From Candidatus Omnitrophota bacterium (lineage in GTDB: Bacteria; Omnitrophota; Gorgyraeia; Duberdicusellales; 4484-171): a stretch of 63,561 bases of DNA. The stretch is from positions 1 through 63,561 of the forward strand of contig JAIPHA010000005.1 in the NCBI GenBank assembly GCA_021735445.1. The letters run 5' to 3'. The position numbers and the translations under genes are program-made. The notes beneath the pieces were generated by a model. It made no database searches, was not told where the DNA came from, and worked only from the letters and a program-made list of their open reading frames with translations. Below, piece after piece: positions 37,528 through 45,448 of this stretch. Numbering within the stretch: position 1 is the first letter of the stretch; the number at the start of each line of letters is the position of its first letter.

Positions 37528-38046
37528 GTGAAAAAAATATTATTTTTGTTGTTTATCGTATTTTTATCCGGATGCATGAGAGTCAGAACCTATACGGTTG
37601 AAAAGCCGCGTGAGGATAGAGAGGTTGAAGGCAATCAAGGCTATTTAGCCGGAGAACCCGGCCAAGTTCAAAAAGATAACAGGTTAGGCCCGACCCGGAA
37701 AGTTTCGGTATTGGAGTTCGAATTCGGCCCCAAATCAGAAGAAGAGGTTGCCTCCGGGGTTTCAGAATCAGAAGAATTTTACCAGCAAGAATCTTACCAG
37801 GAAGAAGTTTATCAGCAAGAGCCTCCCGCTTCTGAGCTAAAAGTTAAAGAGTATGATTTAGATTCTCCCCGCTATGAATATGAGGATTATACTGTCAAAA
37901 AGAATGATACTTTACAAAAAATTTCCCGTAAATTTTACGGGACGACTAAAAAATGGGAACTTATCTACCAGGAAAATAAAGATACTCTTACCAGCCCCGA
38001 TAAAATATATCCGGGGATGAAGATTAAAGTGCCTGTTTTAAGATAA
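37528..38046 (+). CDS. LysM-domain lipoprotein
   Basis: Lipobox LSGC (GTG 37528 after GGGAGG); C-terminal 'YTVKKNDTLQKISRKFYG...IYQENK...PDKIYPGMKIKVP'. Confidence 0.88.
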   Translation: MKKILFLLFIVFLSGCMRVRTYTVEKPREDREVEGNQGYLAGEPGQVQKDNRLGPTRKVSVLEFEFGPKSEEEVASGVSESEEFYQQESYQEEVYQQEPPASELKVKEYDLDSPRYEYEDYTVKKNDTLQKISRKFYGTTKKWELIYQENKDTLTSPDKIYPGMKIKVPVLR

Positions 38047-38051
38047 TATTT

Positions 38052-39017
38052 ATGCGTAAAGCAATTCCTCTAGAAGATTCATCTTATTTTAGGTCCATCT
38101 TTGGCCCCAGAGATAAGAACCTGCGCTTGTTAGAAGATGAGTTAGGCGTATCGATTTATCTAACTTCGGAAGGGATATCGGTTGAAGGCAGAGCAGATAA
38201 AGTCGAAGGCTCTTTAGGCCGGATTAATAAGATTATTAAATTAGCCAAAGAGGGGCTGTCTCTTACCCGGCATGATTTAACAAAGATTCTCCATCCTGAA
38301 CACTCTTTCAATCCTTCTCAAACAGCAAATAAAGAAATAGTTAAAAAAGGGATAAAAGTATTTTCCGGGAGGAAACCGCAGGTTTTTCCTAAAACGAAAG
38401 GACAGCTGAATTATATTGAGGCAATAACCCGGGATGATATAGTTATTGCGACTGGGCCGGCTGGTACAGGTAAAACTTATCTGGCAATGGCAATGGCTGT
38501 AAATTATCTTTTTGATAAAAAAGTACGCAGGATTATCCTTACCCGCCCGGCTATCGAAGCGGGTGAATCTTTAGGGTATTTGCCGGGAAGCATGCAGGAA
38601 AAACTCAATCCCTATTTGCGCCCCTTATATGATGCTTTATATGATATGATGGAAATTGAAGTTATAGAGGAATACCTTGAAACTGGCATAATAGAAATAG
38701 CTCCTCTGGCTTATATGAGAGGCAGGAGTTTAAATAATGCTTTTGTGATTTTGGATGAAGCTCAAAATTGTACTTCAGAACAATTAAGGATGTTTTTGAC
38801 CCGGTTAGGATTTGACTCTAAAACTGTAATTACAGGCGATATCACTCAAAGTGATTTACCGGGAGGCAAGCCCGCCGGATTGCTTGAAGCAAAGAATATA
38901 TTGGAAAAAATTGAAGGCATTAAATTAACCGAGTTGGAAGGAAAAGACGTAGTAAGGCATCCTTTGATTCAAAAAATAGTTCAAGCTTATGAAAATTTCT
39001 ATAACAATAAGGCTTAA
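38052..39017 (+). CDS. phoH: PhoH-family ATPase (PhoH2/YbeZ-like)
   Basis: 'GPAGTGKTYLA', 'RPAIEAGESLGYLPG', 'LAYMRGR' and 'DEAQN'. Confidence 0.95.
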   Translation: MRKAIPLEDSSYFRSIFGPRDKNLRLLEDELGVSIYLTSEGISVEGRADKVEGSLGRINKIIKLAKEGLSLTRHDLTKILHPEHSFNPSQTANKEIVKKGIKVFSGRKPQVFPKTKGQLNYIEAITRDDIVIATGPAGTGKTYLAMAMAVNYLFDKKVRRIILTRPAIEAGESLGYLPGSMQEKLNPYLRPLYDALYDMMEIEVIEEYLETGIIEIAPLAYMRGRSLNNAFVILDEAQNCTSEQLRMFLTRLGFDSKTVITGDITQSDLPGGKPAGLLEAKNILEKIEGIKLTELEGKDVVRHPLIQKIVQAYENFYNNKA

Positions 39018-39022
39018 AAAAG

Positions 39023-40390
39023 ATGGATATCTCATTAATTAAAGCAAAAATAGATATAAAAAATGCGCTTATCGGGGGTATCCTTTTTCTGGCCGCGGCT
39101 TTTATCTTTTATCTTTATTCGATTAATTTTTCCCTACTTGCCTTAATCGCTGTTTTGTTTATATATCTGAATTTTTTTCGTAAATCCACTGATTTACCAT
39201 CTCTCCTGGACTTAGCTATACTTACGGTAATTGCCATTTTAGTCCCCTTAATTACCACGATTATATTTAAGATTCCCGGTTATGGGATAGCTGCGATAGG
39301 TTTTATTATTTTAATCACTCTTTTATTTGAAAATCTCGAGCTTTCTTTTATCTTTTCGGTCCTAATTGCATTTTTAGCTGCCGATGTTTCTGATAGAAGC
39401 TTTAGCGTAGCCTTAAGTTTGCTTATTGCTTCAATTGTTGCTGCTTTGCTTAGTTATAGAATTAGGCGGCGTTTTCAGGTAATCCGGGCCGGATTTTTAG
39501 CCGGAATTGTGCAGTTTATAGTTGCTTACTTTTTAGAAGGAAGAAATAGTTTTTTAATATTTTCTACTCTGGATTTGGGGCTGCTGAAAATATGTTTAAT
39601 TAACGGTATATTGTCGCCGATTATCGTTTTGGGGATCTTGCCGATTTTTGAGTATATATTTAAAGTTTTAACTAATATATCTTTGCTTGAACTTTCCGAT
39701 TTTAACCATCCTTTGATGCGGCGTTTGATATTAGAGGCACCGGGTACTTACCAGCATTCTTTAGTTATGGCTAATTTAAGTGAAGCGGCCGCAGAGGCTA
39801 TCGGAGCTAATTCGCTCCTTGTGCGTGTAGGGGCTTATTACCATGATATTGGTAAGCTTGTTAAGCCTCAATATTTTATTGAAAATTTAGTAAATTATAA
39901 AGATATGCATAAAAAATTAAAACCCTCGATGAGTAAACTGATTATTTTTAATCATGTTAAAGAGGGGGTTGAGTTGGCAAAAAAACATCACATAAATCCT
40001 CAAATAATTAATTTTATTCGCCAGCATCACGGAAAAACCTTAGTTTATTATTTTTATTCCCGGGCTAAGGAGATTGAGCCGGATCAGAAACATGAAGAAG
40101 AATACAAGTATCCGGGCCCTAAACCGCAGTCTAAAGAGATTGCTATCGTGGCTTTGGCTGATTCGGTAGAGGCTATTTCGCGCACAGTTTCTGAGCCGAA
40201 TCCGGCTCGGATAGAAGAGATGGTCAGAGATGTCGTAAAAAAGAGATTTTTAGAAGGTGAATTGGACGAAAGCAGCCTGACTCTAAAAGATTTAGAAAAA
40301 ATTACCCAAAGTTTTATCCGCATACTCAATGCAACATACCACACCAGAATTAAATACCCTAAGGAAAACAACAATTCCAAAAAGAAGTAA
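39023..40390 (+). CDS. 7TM-HD phosphohydrolase (PgpH/YqfF-like) without the extracellular domain
   Basis: About 7 TM segments followed by 'EAPGTYQHS', 'YYHDIGK', 'QHHG' and 'LADSVEA'. Confidence 0.9.
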   Translation: MDISLIKAKIDIKNALIGGILFLAAAFIFYLYSINFSLLALIAVLFIYLNFFRKSTDLPSLLDLAILTVIAILVPLITTIIFKIPGYGIAAIGFIILITLLFENLELSFIFSVLIAFLAADVSDRSFSVALSLLIASIVAALLSYRIRRRFQVIRAGFLAGIVQFIVAYFLEGRNSFLIFSTLDLGLLKICLINGILSPIIVLGILPIFEYIFKVLTNISLLELSDFNHPLMRRLILEAPGTYQHSLVMANLSEAAAEAIGANSLLVRVGAYYHDIGKLVKPQYFIENLVNYKDMHKKLKPSMSKLIIFNHVKEGVELAKKHHINPQIINFIRQHHGKTLVYYFYSRAKEIEPDQKHEEEYKYPGPKPQSKEIAIVALADSVEAISRTVSEPNPARIEEMVRDVVKKRFLEGELDESSLTLKDLEKITQSFIRILNATYHTRIKYPKENNNSKKK

Positions 40391-40426
40391 AGCCGCGTTG
40401 TAGGCGGGCTTTACTTGTATATTTTG

Positions 40427-40855
40427 ATGGATATTTTAAACCAACAAAGAATTAAAAAGATAGATATAGAAAAGGTAAGAGGATATTTAAAGAAAATATT
40501 TTTTTATCTTTCAATCGAATCGAAAAAAGCTTCTTTTGTTTTGTCTGATAACCGGTTTATTGTTAAATTAAACAAAGAATATTTTTCTAAAGATACTCCC
40601 ACTGATGTTATTTCTTTTAATTTGGCTGACGAAATTGAGCCGGATTATTTGGGAGAAGTGGTCGTATCTGTGGAGGAAGCGGTAGTTGTGGCTGAAAAAT
40701 TAAAAATTGATTGGCAGGTTGAACTATTGCTTTACCTTATCCACGGCATATTGCATCTGATTGGTTTCGAGGATTCAGCTGCTGCTCAAAGAAAAAAGAT
40801 GGAAGAAAAACAAAGAGAAATTCTTCTAAAATTCCAAAAAATAAAATTAAGCTAA
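40427..40855 (+). CDS. ybeY: rRNA maturation RNase YbeY
   Basis: 'PTDVISF', 'LGEVVVS' and 'HGILHLIGF' (third His replaced by E in 'FED'); start uncertain (40415 or 40427). Confidence 0.85.
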   Translation: MDILNQQRIKKIDIEKVRGYLKKIFFYLSIESKKASFVLSDNRFIVKLNKEYFSKDTPTDVISFNLADEIEPDYLGEVVVSVEEAVVVAEKLKIDWQVELLLYLIHGILHLIGFEDSAAAQRKKMEEKQREILLKFQKIKLS

Positions 40856-41592
40856 TGATAAAAAAAGATATAGGTTTTGTTTTAAAAAGATTCAACTTTA
40901 GGGAAACAAGCGTAATCGCCACGATTTATCTTCATAATTTTGGAAAAATCAGAGGAATTTTCAAAGGTTTTTACCGGCAAAAAAAAGAGTTTTCTACACC
41001 TCTGGACTTGTTTAGTTTAAATGAATTTGTATTTTACCCGAAGCAGAGCGAAATTTGGCTGGTTTCTCAGGCAGAGCTCATTTCAGAATTTAGTTATTTA
41101 AGGAATAATTTAGAGAAAGCGGCGGTAGCGGGATTTTTTTTTAATTTACTGGATAAAACTATGCAGCTTTGGGATAAAAATAAATATATTTTCAATCTCA
41201 CCTTTCACTCGATTCGTTTGATTGAAAAGGACCATCAGAAAGCGTTTTATCTTTTTTTAATTAAATTTTTAACTTTAGCCGGAATCAAACCAGAACTTAA
41301 CCATTGTATAGTTTGCCAAAAACTAATCAAAGGCTCTCTCTTTTTTAGCACTAAAAGGGGAGGGCTCCTTTGTCAGGATTGCCGCAAAAATTACAAAGAT
41401 TACAAGCCGCTTAGCCAGGAGGCGTCTAAAACATTCAGCTATATCCAGAATAATTCAATCGCAGCTGCCAGCCGTATCCGGCTAAGCTTGCGTTGCCAAA
41501 ACGAAATCTCCCAAATCATCCAAAAGTTTTTAACCTACCACTCGATCCTCGATCTCCCCCCAAAGGGGTCAGGTCTTAAACTTGTAACTTAA
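40855..41592 (+). CDS. recO: DNA repair protein RecO
   Basis: 'FRETSVIA', Zn-finger 'CIVC...CQDC'; phoH-ybeY-recO synteny. Confidence 0.88.
   Translation: MIKKDIGFVLKRFNFRETSVIATIYLHNFGKIRGIFKGFYRQKKEFSTPLDLFSLNEFVFYPKQSEIWLVSQAELISEFSYLRNNLEKAAVAGFFFNLLDKTMQLWDKNKYIFNLTFHSIRLIEKDHQKAFYLFLIKFLTLAGIKPELNHCIVCQKLIKGSLFFSTKRGGLLCQDCRKNYKDYKPLSQEASKTFSYIQNNSIAAASRIRLSLRCQNEISQIIQKFLTYHSILDLPPKGSGLKLVT
41564..41591 (+). repeat. Half-element related to family A, inside the recO 3' end
   Basis: AGGGGTC-N11-TTGTAACTTA has the same spacing as AGGGGAC-N11-TTGTAACTTA at the right end of copy A1 (reverse strand). Confidence 0.5.
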
Positions 41593-41631
41593 CTATATTT
41601 TGAGAGAAAAGGTGGAAATTAAGAGGGGTTT

Positions 41632-41640
41632 TGGTATAAT
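41632..41640 (+). promoter_or_regulatory. Extended -10 promoter upstream of queF
   Basis: TG-G-TATAAT. Confidence 0.5.
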
Positions 41641-41648
41641 AAAACACT

Positions 41649-42077
41649 ATGATTTTTGAGGAACGAAAAATATCTCCTTTAGAAAAGAAAGCAAAAAAAA
41701 CTGCATCAAAGAGTTTTTTACCCGAAGATATTGACGACTCCATTTTAGAGACTATTGCCTATCAATATCCAAAAAATGAAATAGATGTTCAGCTAGCCTC
41801 AGAAGAGTTTAGCTGTGTTTGTCCATACTCTGGCTTGCCGGATTTTGCTTGCCTTACGATAAAATATACCCCAGATAAAAAATTAGTTGAATTAAAATCA
41901 TTAAAGTATTATCTTTATGCCTTCCGTAACGTAAAGATTTATAATGAACACGCCGTAAATAAAATATTAGAAGACCTCAAGAAAGCATTAAAACCAAAGA
42001 GTTTAGACGTTACAGCTGAATTTACTGTCCGTGGTGGTATAAAAAACAAAGTAGTAGCTAATTTTAGAAAAAGCTAG
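41649..42077 (+). CDS. queF: NADPH-dependent preQ0 reductase (short type)
   Basis: 'EEFSCVCPYSGLPDF', 'VELKSLKYYL' and 'RGG'. Confidence 0.93.
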   Translation: MIFEERKISPLEKKAKKTASKSFLPEDIDDSILETIAYQYPKNEIDVQLASEEFSCVCPYSGLPDFACLTIKYTPDKKLVELKSLKYYLYAFRNVKIYNEHAVNKILEDLKKALKPKSLDVTAEFTVRGGIKNKVVANFRKS

Positions 42078-42099
42078 ATTATTATTTCACAAAAATAAT

Positions 42100-43035
42100 A
42101 TGTCGAAAAGGATTTTGATATTTTTTTTGTTGCTTGTCGCATCTTGCTCGAATTCACCTTATCAGGAAAGGTTTATTGTATCAGGCACTTATCTGGAAGT
42201 AATTTCTTTTAACCAAGATGCTGCAAAAATCGTTTACCAAGAAACAAAAAAGCTAGAGAATATTTTCAACAAGTATGACAGTAATTCCGAAGTTTATAAG
42301 TTAAATCATAATATTGGCAGGGAAATTAAGGTTTCCAGGGAGTTGATAGATGTCATTGAAATAGCAAAAAAATATCAGCAACTTACCGATGGAGCTTTTG
42401 ATATAAGTAAAGGGGATTTATACGATTTTTGGAAAAAGGTGATGCAAGATAAAAAAGTTAAGAATTTATTTGATTCAGCAAAGATAGAAAAATTAAAAAA
42501 ATCTGGGGGCATTTCCCAGGTTAAGGTTGACCGCGGCTCCCAAACTGTTATTATCAGCAAAAAAGGCATTAACTTAGATTTATCTGGTATTGCGAAAGGT
42601 TATATGGTGGACCAGGCGATAAGAGAGTTAAAAAAACAGGGCATAGATAATGCTTTAGTTAATTTAGGGGGAGAGGTTTATTGTTTGGGTAGAAATCAAG
42701 GTAAACCTTGGAGAGTGGGGATAAGAAAACCATTCGGGAATGTCGCTAAAACAATAGAAGTAGTTGATAGGGCAGTTGCGACTTCAGGAAACTATGAGCA
42801 ATTTTATGAAAAAAACGGACAAATTTATTCTCACCTTATCGATCCAGAAAGAGGGTATCCAGTCGAAAAAAAATTCTTAAGCATAACGGTAATTGCAGAA
42901 AAATCCGTAGAGGCTGATATATTAGCTACAGCGTTTTTTATAAAGGGAAGACAGCTTGCGAAAGAAGTTGGAGAAAAAAACCCATCGCTTACTGTTTATT
43001 TCGTGACTGAAAAAGGAATAGAAAAAATAAACTAA
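42100..43035 (+). CDS. apbE: FAD:protein FMN transferase lipoprotein
   Basis: Lipobox VASC; 'LDLSGIAKGY', 'NLGGE', 'ATSGNYE', 'HLIDP' and 'AD..AT'. Confidence 0.92.
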   Translation: MSKRILIFFLLLVASCSNSPYQERFIVSGTYLEVISFNQDAAKIVYQETKKLENIFNKYDSNSEVYKLNHNIGREIKVSRELIDVIEIAKKYQQLTDGAFDISKGDLYDFWKKVMQDKKVKNLFDSAKIEKLKKSGGISQVKVDRGSQTVIISKKGINLDLSGIAKGYMVDQAIRELKKQGIDNALVNLGGEVYCLGRNQGKPWRVGIRKPFGNVAKTIEVVDRAVATSGNYEQFYEKNGQIYSHLIDPERGYPVEKKFLSITVIAEKSVEADILATAFFIKGRQLAKEVGEKNPSLTVYFVTEKGIEKIN

Positions 43036-43042
43036 AAAAGAG

Positions 43043-43187
43043 AGGGGACGTTTCCCTCTTATATAAGTCATTGATAGCAAGTATCTTATGAAGGCGTGTT
43101 TTCCAGAGTAAAAAGGAAAAATTGCGGAAAACGTTGAGTTGTAAGTTGTTATTAATCAAAAAGTTATAAACGAGGGAAACGTCTCCT
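43043..43187. repeat. MITE/REP-like element, family A copy 2 (inverted relative to copy 1)
   Basis: AGGGGACGTTTCCCTC (43043-43058) and GAGGGAAACGTCTCCT (43172-43187). Confidence 0.85.
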
Positions 43188-43202
43188 CTTTGAAGGGTTA
43201 GT

Positions 43203-43991
43203 ATGGAGAAAAAGGAAGCACGAATAAGGGAAATTATCGCGGGGGAGAAGAAAATATCTATGGTTACTTGCTATGATTATTCTTTTGCTTCCAGCCTTAA
43301 TGAAAGTGATGTTGATATAATTCTGGTAGGGGATTCAATGGCTAATGTTTGTTTGGGCTTATCCGATACCAAGGAAGTTACTGTGCCTGAAATGATAAGC
43401 CATACATTAGCTGTTGCTAAAGGAGCCCCGGATAAAATTATTGTTGCCGATATGCCTTATGCAGGCTGTCAAAAGAAAAACAGCCAGCCCCTGGAAACAG
43501 CAAAAAAGCTGATTAGAGCTGGAGCTGACGCAATTAAAGTAGAATGGTTTAGGGGGTGTAAAAAAGTAATTAAGAATTTAATCAATAATGATATTTTGGT
43601 GATGGGCCACATTGGCCTCACTCCTCAGACTATTCATCTTCTGGGCGGGCACAAAATTCAGGGAAAAGATAAAAGTTCTGTAGATGGATTGATCAAGCAA
43701 GCTAAACAATTGGAAAGGTTAGGCGCCTTTAGCATTGTTTTAGAATGTATGCGAAAAGATGCGGCAAAAGAGATTACCGATGTTTTAGAAATCCCTACTA
43801 TCGGTATCGGCGCCGGCAAACACTGCACCGGCCAAGTTTTAGTCTTGTATGATTTGTTAGGCCTTTATCCTGGCAAGATGAAATTTGTAAGAAGGTTTTT
43901 GGATTTATCCGTTCAAGTAAAGAATGCAGTAAATTCGTTTAACCAGGAAGTAAAAAGAGAAACTTTTCCTTCAGAAGGGGAAAGTTTTTGA
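43203..43991 (+). CDS. panB: 3-methyl-2-oxobutanoate hydroxymethyltransferase
   Basis: 'TCYDY', 'ILVGDS', 'VADMP', 'GHIGLTPQ' and 'TIGIGAG...GQVLV'. Confidence 0.96.
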   Translation: MEKKEARIREIIAGEKKISMVTCYDYSFASSLNESDVDIILVGDSMANVCLGLSDTKEVTVPEMISHTLAVAKGAPDKIIVADMPYAGCQKKNSQPLETAKKLIRAGADAIKVEWFRGCKKVIKNLINNDILVMGHIGLTPQTIHLLGGHKIQGKDKSSVDGLIKQAKQLERLGAFSIVLECMRKDAAKEITDVLEIPTIGIGAGKHCTGQVLVLYDLLGLYPGKMKFVRRFLDLSVQVKNAVNSFNQEVKRETFPSEGESF

Positions 43992-44017
43992 ACAAACTAT
44001 TATTTATATATTTTTGA

Positions 44018-44046
44018 TTGACTGCTGTAGGCAGTTTTGTTAATAT
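44018..44046 (+). promoter_or_regulatory. Sigma70-type promoter for the pur cluster
   Basis: TTGACT (44018-44023), 17-bp spacer, TAATAT (44041-44046). Confidence 0.55.
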
Positions 44047-44055
44047 TGTAACCTA

Positions 44056-45348
44056 ATGATCAAAAGATATACCCCAAAAAAAATAGGCAGAATTTGGCAG
44101 GAAGACGAGAAGTTTAAGCGTTTCTTAAAGATAGAAGCTCTCTTGTGTGAATCTTTAGAAAAACAGAAAAAGATACCCAAAGGAACTAGTAAAAAATTTG
44201 CTAAAGTAAAAATATCAGTTGATAAAATAAAAGATATTGAAAAAGAAACCCGCCATGATATTGTCGCTTTTTTAAAACATATTTCCGTCCAAATTGGCCC
44301 GGCTGCACAATACCTTCACCGCGGCCTTACTTCCTCGGATCTTTTAGATACAACTTTGGCTTGGCAGATAAAAGATACTTATAAGATTATTTTATCAGAT
44401 TTAGATAAATTAATAAGAGTAGTCAAGGCGAAAGCCATAAAATATAAAGATACAATTTGCATGGCTCGGTCTCATGGAATGCATGCTGAAATTTATAGTT
44501 TTGGTTTAAAATTTCTTTATTTATATAATGATTTATTAGAGGAAAGGGAAAAGCTATCCGATAGTTTCGATTATGTGGTATCCGGAAAAATTTCCGGCGC
44601 GGTCGGCACATTTGCTTATTTTAGCCCAAAAACCGAAGAATATATTTGTAAGAAAATAGGCATTAATTGGGCTAAGGTTTCGACTCAAATTGTTTCCCGG
44701 GAAAGGTTTGCTTATTTTTTATTTTTGCTTTCTTTGCTTGGTTCAACCTTGGAAAGATTCGCGACCGAGATCAGGCATTTGCACCGGACTGAAGTAGATG
44801 AAGCCAAAGAGCCTTTCTACAGCGGCCAAAAAGGCTCGTCAGCTATGCCGCATAAACAAAATCCTATTGTATCTGAAAGAATTTGCGGTTTGGCTCGTTT
44901 ATTAAGGTCTAATGCTTTTGCGGCATCTGAAAATATAAACCTTTGGCATGAACGGGATATTTCTCATTCTTCGGTAGAAAGAGTGATAATTCCCGATTCA
45001 ACCATAATAATAGATTATATGTTGCAGAAATTTAAAGAAGTTGTATCTAAAATAAAAGTTAACCCTAAAAGCATGATTCGCAATATTGAACTGAATAGAG
45101 GAATAATTTATTCTCAGAAAGTATTAACTGAACTTATGAAAAAAGGGCTATCGAGAATGGATGCCTATGATTTAATACAAAAAATTTCGCTGGAAGTAAT
45201 CAATAACAATTCTAATTTTAAAGAAGAAATATTTAAAAATAAGAGAATAAGAAATATACTCGATGAAAAAATTTTAAATAAGATATTTGACCCTTATAGC
45301 TATTTATCAAATATTGATAAAATTTATAAAAGGTTTAATCTAAGTTAA
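44056..45348 (+). CDS. purB: Adenylosuccinate lyase
   Basis: 'TRHD', 'HRGLTSSD', 'RSHGMHA' and 'GSSAMPHKQNP'. Confidence 0.97.
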   Translation: MIKRYTPKKIGRIWQEDEKFKRFLKIEALLCESLEKQKKIPKGTSKKFAKVKISVDKIKDIEKETRHDIVAFLKHISVQIGPAAQYLHRGLTSSDLLDTTLAWQIKDTYKIILSDLDKLIRVVKAKAIKYKDTICMARSHGMHAEIYSFGLKFLYLYNDLLEEREKLSDSFDYVVSGKISGAVGTFAYFSPKTEEYICKKIGINWAKVSTQIVSRERFAYFLFLLSLLGSTLERFATEIRHLHRTEVDEAKEPFYSGQKGSSAMPHKQNPIVSERICGLARLLRSNAFAASENINLWHERDISHSSVERVIIPDSTIIIDYMLQKFKEVVSKIKVNPKSMIRNIELNRGIIYSQKVLTELMKKGLSRMDAYDLIQKISLEVINNNSNFKEEIFKNKRIRNILDEKILNKIFDPYSYLSNIDKIYKRFNLS

Positions 45349-45363
45349 ACCCGCCTTTCTTTT

Positions 45364-45435
45364 TTAGTGAGTGGTTAATTAGTGAGTGGCGATTATTTAT
45401 TGACCATTTAACAAATTAACCAATTAACCAGTTAA
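45364..45435. repeat. Octamer tandem-repeat hairpin (TTAACCAA alphabet)
   Basis: TTGACCAT TTAACAAA TTAACCAA TTAACCAG (45400-45431) opposite TAGTGAG/TGGTTAAT units. Confidence 0.7.
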
Positions 45436-45448
45436 AAATGGGAGTTTT

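Noticed and set aside
34607-40412. GATCCCGCC (about 34633) and AAGCCGC...GCGGGCTT (about 40390) as another REP family
   Set aside because: Only two short, dissimilar instances; cannot be distinguished from ordinary hairpins.
41593-44055. preQ1 riboswitch before queF; purine or ZTP riboswitch before purB
   Set aside because: The leaders are too short after the predicted promoters and no consensus aptamer was recognised; an Infernal/Rfam scan would settle it.
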